NCBI GenBank assembly: GCA_023421955.1
Contig: JAEZSE010000021.1
Location: 9,701-73,700 of the forward strand
Length of the DNA: 64,000 nucleotides
From: Bacillota bacterium
GTDB taxonomy: Bacteria; Bacillota; Clostridia; Christensenellales; UMGS416
Reading direction: 5' to 3'
The translations under genes were made by a program, and so were the position numbers. The notes under the pieces were generated by a model. It did not search any database. It saw only the letters and a list, made by a program, of their open reading frames with translations, and was not told the DNA's origin. This document shows, in pieces, positions 54,475-61,417 of this stretch. Positions within the stretch are counted from its first letter, which is position 1, and every line of letters starts with the position of its first letter.

Positions 54475-55248
54475 ATGAGAATCCTCAAAAACAAGCTCTT
54501 CCTCGGCATCCTGTGCATCGTAGCCGGCCTGCTGGCCGGCTTTGTCATTCTTCCCGCTGTCACGAACAGCGCAGCCGAAACCCGGCCGGTGCTGGTCATG
54601 AAAACGACGGTACAGGCAAGCACACAGATCACCGCCGACATGGTGACAACCCAGGAAATGCCGAAAAGTGCCTTCGCCGGCGCGTTGACGAAACCGGACG
54701 CGGCGGTCGGCAAATACGCCTCGGCAGAGCTGTACGCCGGGGACATACTGACCGTCGCCAAGCTGTCCGCCAGCCTGCTGGCGACGGATGCGATGGCCGC
54801 AGCTACAGCCAAGGGCAAGCAAGTTGTCTCTGTAACGCTGCCCAGCTTGGCCGCGGGCGTGTCCGGCCGCCTGCAGCCCGGCGATATCGTAGCGGTCATG
54901 GCGACGCCGAAAAACGGAAGTCGGTCGCTGGGCCTCGATCCCGACGCCAATACGGAGAAACAGCAGAATGGCGCCGCGGTCATCAAGAGATTGGAGAAAC
55001 TGGAGGTCTGTATGGTGACCACCAGCGACGCGGCGGACGCCCATGTGAGCGCCAATCCGTCCAAGGACGAGAAAAATGCGCTGCCCGCCACCGTTTCCTT
55101 CTATGTGACGCCGGAACAGGCTTTGATCCTGGCGGAGCTGGAACAGGACAGCACGATACACCTGGCCTTTGTCGCGCGCGGCGCTTCGGCCTCGGCCTAC
55201 CTGCCGGACGCGGACAAGGTGCTGGTGGGAACAACGGAGGGTAACTGA
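54475..55248 (+). CDS. cpaB: Flp pilus assembly protein CpaB/RcpC-like (SAF domain)
   Basis: N-terminal TM anchor, then a SAF-type region (ITADMVT...YAGDILT). AAAGGAG lies upstream. Confidence 0.75.
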   Translation: MRILKNKLFLGILCIVAGLLAGFVILPAVTNSAAETRPVLVMKTTVQASTQITADMVTTQEMPKSAFAGALTKPDAAVGKYASAELYAGDILTVAKLSASLLATDAMAAATAKGKQVVSVTLPSLAAGVSGRLQPGDIVAVMATPKNGSRSLGLDPDANTEKQQNGAAVIKRLEKLEVCMVTTSDAADAHVSANPSKDEKNALPATVSFYVTPEQALILAELEQDSTIHLAFVARGASASAYLPDADKVLVGTTEGN

Positions 55249-55937
55249 TGGTCATTGCCATTTGGGGGCGCGACGGCGCCGGCAAGAGCACGCTCAGCGA
55301 CGCGCTGGGCGTGCTCTTTTCCAAGCGGGGCGTCTGCGTCATCGTCGACACCGATCTGACCCAGCCAACGTTACCCGTGAGGTGCTCGGGCGAAGCCCAA
55401 AAAGGGGTGAAACCCCTGGGAAACGCGCTGACCGGCGCGGTCGTCACCGATATCCGCCCGTATCTGTGTCAGCATCCGGTGCACAAGGGCCTGTTCTACG
55501 CCGGTCTTCGTCGTAGCGACGATTTCCTGGCCTTCGAGCTGGGCCTCGGCGCGGAGGGCGGTGCGCGAAATTTCGTTGACCGCTGCGCCGAGCAGGCCGA
55601 CACTGTCATCCTCGATCTGTCCGGCCAGCGCAGCGACCCGTTCCTGCCCGCGGCATTGGAAGCCGACCATCTCATCCTGCCCGTCGTACCCAATCCGCAG
55701 GGCCTGTGCTGGTACCTGGCCGTGAAGCCGCTGCTGGAACGGATGGAAGCGCTGGAACGCGTCCTGCCTGTCGCGTCAATGGCGCGGCAGGAGCATGACG
55801 TGGCCGGAGTGGAAAAAGTTGGCGGGCTGGCATTCACCGCCCAACTGCCGTGGGTACGGGATACCGGCGGCAGCAAATACGCCAAAGAACTGAGGCCGCT
55901 GTTCGACAAACTCTCAGGAGGTGATACCGTTGCCTGA
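55248..55937 (+). CDS. ParA/MinD-like ATPase (TadZ/CpaE-like)
   Basis: Deviant Walker A IWGRDGAGKST. It sits between cpaB and the secretion ATPase. Confidence 0.65.
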   Translation: MVIAIWGRDGAGKSTLSDALGVLFSKRGVCVIVDTDLTQPTLPVRCSGEAQKGVKPLGNALTGAVVTDIRPYLCQHPVHKGLFYAGLRRSDDFLAFELGLGAEGGARNFVDRCAEQADTVILDLSGQRSDPFLPAALEADHLILPVVPNPQGLCWYLAVKPLLERMEALERVLPVASMARQEHDVAGVEKVGGLAFTAQLPWVRDTGGSKYAKELRPLFDKLSGGDTVA

Positions 55938-57246
55938 TACCTTTCGGGATCTGCTGTACAACCGGCAGAACACAAGCTCCTCGGATCTGAGCTACGAGGA
56001 CGTTCTGCGCGACGCGCGGGAATACATCAGCTGCACCCATGCAGATGAGCTGGCCCTGTGCATCGCCCAACGAAACTCCGCCGAGCGGGTGCAAAACCTG
56101 ATCGCCGGCTTCCTGGCCAAACACTACATCCGCCTGAACGGGCTGGACATCGAGGAACTCACCCAGCGGCTGTACTTGGACATGGCCGGCTTCGGCTTCC
56201 TGGAGCAGTATATCTACGACGATTCCATTGAGGAAATCAACGGCAACGCATGGAACGACATCGAGGTCGTCACGCAGACTGGATACCGCAAGGTGCCGGA
56301 GCACTTCGGTTCCCCTGAGCAGGCTACGGACATGATCAAGAAGATGGTGCGCCTGGGCGGGCTGATCCTGGACAATGCCAACCCCGCGGTGGACAGTTTC
56401 CTCACTACGCGCATCCGCATCTCCGCCATGATCCCGCCCATCACCGACCCGGAGCGTGGCGTAGTATTCAGCCTGCGCAAGCAGCAGAAGGCCCGCATCA
56501 CACGGGAGGAACTCATCCGGTCCGGCACCGCCAGCAGCGAGATGCTGGACTTCCTTTCCCTGTGCGTCAACCACGGCGTATCCATCGGCATTGCCGGCAA
56601 GACCGGCTCGGGTAAGACCACCGATCTCTCTTTCTTGCTGAACACGGTTGATACGGACAAGCGCATCTTCGTCATCGAGGAAACCCGCGAGCTGGACCTT
56701 GTCAATGAAGATGAGGACGGCAGGCCGCTGAACCGGGTCATTCACACCTGCACCCGCTCCTCGGAGCTGGAGCAAGCCGACGTGGGCATGACGGAGCTGC
56801 TGCGCAAGTCGCTGCGGTTCCATCCCGATCTGCTGGTACTCGCCGAGATGCGCGGCCAGGAGGCCGTGGACGTCGTGGAGAGCGCCCGCACCGGTCACAC
56901 GGTTCTCACATCGCTGCACGCGAACTCGGCGGCAAAGGCATATACCCGCATCCTGTCCATGTACCAGATGGCGGCGACGTCCATCCCGCCGCAGGTCATT
57001 CTGTCCTTCATCGTTGAAGCATTTCCGATCATGGTTTTCAAGAAACAGATGGCCGACGGCACGCGCCGCCTTATGGAGATCATAGAGGCGCTGGGCGTGC
57101 GGGAGGATGGCGTGCAGACCCAGACGCTATACCGCTTTGACGCACGGCTCGCACGGCATATGCGAGTGAATCCGATCTCTCCGGCGCTGGCGCGGGCATT
57201 GGCCGAGAACGACGCGCCGGAGGAACAAATCGAGCGATTCTCATAG
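55921..57246 (+). CDS. tadA: CpaF/TadA-type type II/IV secretion ATPase
   Basis: Walker A GKTGSGKTT, an Asp box, Walker B and a His box (GHTVLTSLHA). Confidence 0.9.
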   Translation: MIPLPDTFRDLLYNRQNTSSSDLSYEDVLRDAREYISCTHADELALCIAQRNSAERVQNLIAGFLAKHYIRLNGLDIEELTQRLYLDMAGFGFLEQYIYDDSIEEINGNAWNDIEVVTQTGYRKVPEHFGSPEQATDMIKKMVRLGGLILDNANPAVDSFLTTRIRISAMIPPITDPERGVVFSLRKQQKARITREELIRSGTASSEMLDFLSLCVNHGVSIGIAGKTGSGKTTDLSFLLNTVDTDKRIFVIEETRELDLVNEDEDGRPLNRVIHTCTRSSELEQADVGMTELLRKSLRFHPDLLVLAEMRGQEAVDVVESARTGHTVLTSLHANSAAKAYTRILSMYQMAATSIPPQVILSFIVEAFPIMVFKKQMADGTRRLMEIIEALGVREDGVQTQTLYRFDARLARHMRVNPISPALARALAENDAPEEQIERFS

Positions 57247-57260
57247 GAGGTGAACACCCT

Positions 57261-58163
57261 TTGGGCAACCTGATACCAGCCCTGCTGATCACGGCGGGGC
57301 TTTTCCTTTGCCTGCGTATCCTGTCGGGCAGACCGGCTGAGAAAGAAAGAAGCCGGCGCCGGCGCATCCGCTTCCTGTCGGGCAAGCCGCCCGGCAGGTT
57401 GGAGCGGATGGCAAGCGAAGCCGAGCAGATGCTGACGGCTGCCGGCATGAAGGCGCGGCTCCAGACTTATCAACGGCTGGCGCTGGCACTCGGCGTGGCC
57501 GGCTTGCTGGTAGGAGCGGCTATCGGCAATGTGCTGACCGCTGTGGTGCTGGCAGTCGGCCTGGCCGCCATGCCTCTTCTGATCATCCGCATCCGCACAG
57601 GCGACTACCTGCGCGGGTTGTACGAAAACCTGGAATCGGCGATGGGAACCGTCACCAATGCATATGTGGCGGGGGGCGATCTGATCCGCGCAGTGGAGGA
57701 CAGCCTTCGGCTGATTCCATCACCGGTGGACGAGGTGTTTCGGCAGTTCCTGTCCCGCGTCCAGCTCGTGGACGCCAGCGTCCCCAAGGCGCTGGAGGCG
57801 ATGAAAGGTCAAATCGACAACCGCTACTGGACCGATTGGGTCAATACCCTAATCCAGTGCCAGCACGACAAAACGCTGCGTTTCGCCCTGCCGGGAATCG
57901 TGGAGCGGCTGGGCGCCATGCGGCGCATTCGAATGGAGACGGATACATTGCTCCAGAAACAGATCGGCGATTACGTGGTCACGGTGCTCCTGCTGCTGGC
58001 CTCCATCCCGGTCATGGCCTGGATGATGCCCGACTGGTATGAGATGCTGACGCAGACCGTCGCCGGGCAAATCACGCTGGCCGTGGTGCTGGCGTCGGTA
58101 TTCGCCACGGCGTTGTGGATCGGCAGGCTGTACCACCCGAAGGAAGGCGGTGGTAAGGCATGA
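57261..58163 (+). CDS. tadB: Type II secretion system F-domain protein (TadB-like)
   Basis: Polytopic membrane protein with T2SSF layout. TTG start. Confidence 0.75.
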   Translation: MGNLIPALLITAGLFLCLRILSGRPAEKERSRRRRIRFLSGKPPGRLERMASEAEQMLTAAGMKARLQTYQRLALALGVAGLLVGAAIGNVLTAVVLAVGLAAMPLLIIRIRTGDYLRGLYENLESAMGTVTNAYVAGGDLIRAVEDSLRLIPSPVDEVFRQFLSRVQLVDASVPKALEAMKGQIDNRYWTDWVNTLIQCQHDKTLRFALPGIVERLGAMRRIRMETDTLLQKQIGDYVVTVLLLLASIPVMAWMMPDWYEMLTQTVAGQITLAVVLASVFATALWIGRLYHPKEGGGKA

Positions 58164-59038
58164 CCAGCTTGATCCGGGCACTCGCGGTGGCGCTGTTCGC
58201 CGCGGGGCTTTTCTTTTTCCTGTCGCACATCCTCCGTTTTCCATCCCGGAAGACGGCCAAGGCCCTTTCCGGCATCCACGGCAGACCCGGCCTGACCGAG
58301 CGGCTCCAGAAGCTGCTCTTTCCCTTGGCCGCGCTTTTGGCCCGCCTGTTCCCTATGAGCGCCTACCGCGAGAAGCGGATGCGCTCGGACTTCGAGCGGC
58401 TGGACATGACGCGGACACCGAAGGAATACGCCGCGTCGGAGCTGGCCAAGGCGCTTTTGCTGGGCCTGACGGGGTTCATCTTCATTCCGCTGGGTATGCC
58501 CTGGTTCGCGCTGCTGACCGGCATGCTGGGCCTCGTCAGCTATTTCCGCTCCACACAGGGCATCCGCAAACGGGTACAACAGCTTGACCGGGAGATCGAG
58601 GCGGAGATGCCGCGGCTGGTCGAAATGCTTAACCTTTCCTTTCAAGAGAGCCGCGACCTGATTTCTGTGTTCGAGCGGTACCGGCTGGTCTCGGGAAAAG
58701 CCCTGGGCAGCCAACTCGACCGGCTGATCCTGGACCTCAAGACGGGTAACCAGGAGCAGGCGCTCAAGGAAATGGACGCCCGCCTGAATCTGCCGTCCTT
58801 CTCGGCGCTGACGGCGGCGCTCTGCGGTGTGCACAAGGGGATCGACCAGCGCACCAGCCTGCTGGTACTTGAGCAGGACCTCCGCGCTTCCGAGCGGGAG
58901 CGCCTGCGCCGGGAGATGGAAACCGGCGAGAAACGCGTCAAGGCCGCCAGCTTCATCCTGACCATTTTGATGATCGGCCTGTTCATGATCCCCATCGTCC
59001 TGCTGATCCTGCGTAACCTGACAGCCGCCGGGCTGTAA
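58160..59038 (+). CDS. tadC: Type II secretion system F-domain protein (TadC-like)
   Basis: Second T2SSF-type polytopic protein, joined to tadB by an ATGA overlap. Confidence 0.75.
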   Translation: MTSLIRALAVALFAAGLFFFLSHILRFPSRKTAKALSGIHGRPGLTERLQKLLFPLAALLARLFPMSAYREKRMRSDFERLDMTRTPKEYAASELAKALLLGLTGFIFIPLGMPWFALLTGMLGLVSYFRSTQGIRKRVQQLDREIEAEMPRLVEMLNLSFQESRDLISVFERYRLVSGKALGSQLDRLILDLKTGNQEQALKEMDARLNLPSFSALTAALCGVHKGIDQRTSLLVLEQDLRASERERLRREMETGEKRVKAASFILTILMIGLFMIPIVLLILRNLTAAGL

Positions 59039-59113
59039 TACACAACGGTGAAACGCCTCGCAAGGGGCTTTTCATATGCCCTAATTCCAAAAAACTGAAG
59101 GAGGAACCCCCAA

Positions 59114-59329
59114 ATGAAAACCATCTCCAACCGCGTCCGCAACACCTTCCGCCGCCTCATTCACGACCGCCGCGGGGACGGCTACCTCGATCTAGCTATG
59201 AAAATCCTGATCGTCGTCGTCATCGGCGCCGCCATCCTGCTGATCCTCAATACCGCCATGCCCAGCCTGTTCAGCGGTCTCATCGAGAAGGTCAGCGGCG
59301 AGTTGACCAACATCAACGTCCTGCCGTAA
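59114..59329 (+). CDS. Flp-type prepilin candidate (71 aa)
   Basis: Basic leader, then GDGYLD followed by a single hydrophobic helix. GAAGGAGG lies upstream. Confidence 0.65.
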   Translation: MKTISNRVRNTFRRLIHDRRGDGYLDLAMKILIVVVIGAAILLILNTAMPSLFSGLIEKVSGELTNINVLP

Positions 59330-59343
59330 TCACCGGGTGGCCA

Positions 59344-59368
59344 GGGAGGGCCGGGGTCCGGCCCTCCC
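59344..59368 (+). terminator. GC-rich hairpin after the pilin gene
   Basis: Perfect 11-bp stem gggagggccgg / ggt / ccggccctccc with no U-run. Confidence 0.45.
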
Positions 59369-59395
59369 TCCCTTCATGGAAGAAAGGAGCGATAT

Positions 59396-59821
59396 ATGAA
59401 AAGAAGATTTGTCCGGGATTCCACCGGCGAAGGTTACGTCGACGTCGTTATTTCGATGCTGATCATCCTGACCTTTATAGCTTCCCTGTTTCTGTTGTAC
59501 CCGATCTTCACAGCCAAGCAATCACTGGATCAGACGGCGAAGTATGCCGCCCGAACCGTGGAGCTGTATGGTAAGGCGGATGACGCAACCCTCGCGTCTG
59601 TGTTCGACAATGAGAGCATCATGCGGCCCGACGATATTCAAATCCAAACCACATGGTTCAAGGAAGCGGAAAAGAAAATCCAGCTCAAGACAAGCTTCAC
59701 AGTCACGGTATCCAAGACAATCCCCATCACCATCCTGCGCCCGGCGCTGGGTAATCCCGTCGTCTTCCATGTAACCCTGACCGCCTCTGCCCGAGGCATT
59801 TCGGAGGTGTATTGGAAATGA
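59396..59821 (+). CDS. TadE/DUF4320-like pseudopilin
   Basis: The leader ends GEGYVD, followed by a hydrophobic helix and a beta-rich domain. Confidence 0.6.
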   Translation: MKRRFVRDSTGEGYVDVVISMLIILTFIASLFLLYPIFTAKQSLDQTAKYAARTVELYGKADDATLASVFDNESIMRPDDIQIQTTWFKEAEKKIQLKTSFTVTVSKTIPITILRPALGNPVVFHVTLTASARGISEVYWK

Positions 59822-60285
59822 CGCCGCTGATGAAAGACAAAGCAGGCAGCGCCTATCTGTGGGCCGTCTTCATCCTGTTGGCAATGGTCATGCTGGCAGC
59901 CGTTGTATATACCGGCGTGGGGGTTTATGCGAAATATCAGGACGCCGAAACCGAGCTGCAGCGGGCCGCCGTCGTAACGGTGGATGGCAGCATGGAAAAC
60001 GCTGCTGTGCGCGACTTGGTGCTGGATATTCCTACATCCGACGCGGAGGAACTGTTCTACGAAAACCTGCGCGAGCTGGGGTATGAGCAATCTGGTGGTG
60101 ATTGGGCCAAGCGGGTTGACGGCAAAACTGTCTATACCCTGACCGATCTGGAGGTTAAGACAACGGGTAAAACCCTGATGGCCACCGCGATTCTGTCCGT
60201 TCCGCTGCTGTGGGAAATAGGCGGTTCATCTACAGTACGCATCCCCATAAAAGAACGTTCGACCATACTGTACTTGGAGCCTTGA
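59812..60285 (+). CDS. TadE/TadF-like pseudopilin
   Basis: The leader ends GSAYLW, followed by a hydrophobic helix. It overlaps the preceding gene. Confidence 0.55.
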   Translation: MEMTPLMKDKAGSAYLWAVFILLAMVMLAAVVYTGVGVYAKYQDAETELQRAAVVTVDGSMENAAVRDLVLDIPTSDAEELFYENLRELGYEQSGGDWAKRVDGKTVYTLTDLEVKTTGKTLMATAILSVPLLWEIGGSSTVRIPIKERSTILYLEP

Positions 60286-60379
60286 TATGTTGTGGGAACG
60301 CATGGCTATCGGCATATATATGAAGAAAAGGGTATGAAAAAGAAGCTATGAGCGCGGCCTCATGGCTTCTAGCCGGAAA

Positions 60380-60691
60380 TTATCTTGCGATAAGTCCTTT
60401 TACAATGCCCGATATATGGGATAGCGATTGCTCATCCAGCCTCTTCAAATCTGCGATAAGGTTGGCGAGATGTTCCGGGTAGGCGTTCCCTTCATCAAAA
60501 AAGTCGCTGGGAGTAATGTTCAGATACTCGCAAATAGCGAAAAACGCCGGCATGGTGGGAAACACCTTCTTGTTCTCGATCTGATTGATGTAATTCCTGT
60601 TCTGTCCGATTGCCAGGCTCATTTCACGCGCGGAAATATTCTTCGCCGTGCGCAACCGCGCCAGGCGTTCCGCAAAAAACTCTTCATACAT
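60380..60691 (-). CDS. XRE-family helix-turn-helix transcriptional regulator
   Basis: HTH region ISAREMSLAIGQNRNYINQIE. Confidence 0.85.
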   Translation of the reverse strand: MYEEFFAERLARLRTAKNISAREMSLAIGQNRNYINQIENKKVFPTMPAFFAICEYLNITPSDFFDEGNAYPEHLANLIADLKRLDEQSLSHISGIVKGLIAR

Positions 60692-60740
60692 ATTATCATC
60701 TCCTTATGCAATATTCTATCTGGTGGATTAGATAAATCGG

Positions 60741-60792
60741 CCATTTATGAAATGGCATATGCATTGACATGCAAGAAATAAACTTGTATTAT
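60741..60792 (+). promoter_or_regulatory. Promoter with overlapping palindromes (candidate XRE operator)
   Basis: TTGACA (60764-60769), a 17-nt spacer, then TATTAT (60787-60792). The palindromes CCATTTatgAAATGG (60741-60755) and TGCATtgacATGCA flank or overlap the -35 element. Confidence 0.55.
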
Positions 60793-60830
60793 GTGGATTG
60801 TGCAATTTCTAAAATGTTTATGGGGAGTGG

Positions 60831-61310
60831 ATGGCAATGACTACCGGCCAGTTGGACAATGCTTGCTGCGTCACGGGACATCGTGAAATCCCCGCTGAAA
60901 TGCTGGAGTTTGTAGAGAACGAGCTGCGGAAAGAAATCACGCAAGCCATTAAAGACGGTTACACGCATTTCATCTCCGGTTTTGCGCAAGGTATTGATCT
61001 CCTTTTTGTCTCCATAGTGGTTGACCAGATGGTCGAATATCCCGATCTGACACTGGAAGCAGCCATACCATATAGGAAGCGGTTGAGCACTCCGGACCCG
61101 CTTTTTCAACGCCTGCTGGGAAATTGCAAAATCGTAGGTATCCATAGCGCAGAATACAGTGCAGCCTGTTATATGAAGCGCAACCGCGTCATGGTATCTA
61201 ATTCCAAACGTGTCATCGTGGTATATGGCGGACATCAAAGGGGCGGAACGCTGTATACCATGAACTACGCTAATATGCAGCACCGGGAAGTCCGCCTCAT
61301 TCAGATCTGA
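60831..61310 (+). CDS. SLOG-superfamily protein, DUF1273 / YpsA-like
   Basis: It aligns by eye with B. subtilis YpsA (VTGHRE..., HFISGFAQGIDL, EYPDLTLEAAIPY). The start may be the second ATG at 60837. Confidence 0.7.
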   Translation: MAMTTGQLDNACCVTGHREIPAEMLEFVENELRKEITQAIKDGYTHFISGFAQGIDLLFVSIVVDQMVEYPDLTLEAAIPYRKRLSTPDPLFQRLLGNCKIVGIHSAEYSAACYMKRNRVMVSNSKRVIVVYGGHQRGGTLYTMNYANMQHREVRLIQI

Positions 61311-61417
61311 GAACAAAAAATGCATAGCGGTAGCCTGCTGGTTTGAGAGCCGTCACCACGTGGCGGCTTTTACTGCGTCCTGTCGGCATCTGAATCCTGA
61401 AACTCAAAGGAGGGCCT

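Noticed and set aside
53694-55161. 465-aa and 287-aa minus-strand ORFs
   Set aside because: They are antisense to the GGCT, cpaB and TadZ-like genes, which have recognisable motifs, RBSs and translational coupling. The antisense products are Arg/Ala/Ser-rich with no motifs.
55834-56919. 361-aa minus-strand ORF
   Set aside because: It is antisense to the CpaF/TadA ATPase gene, which has intact Walker motifs.
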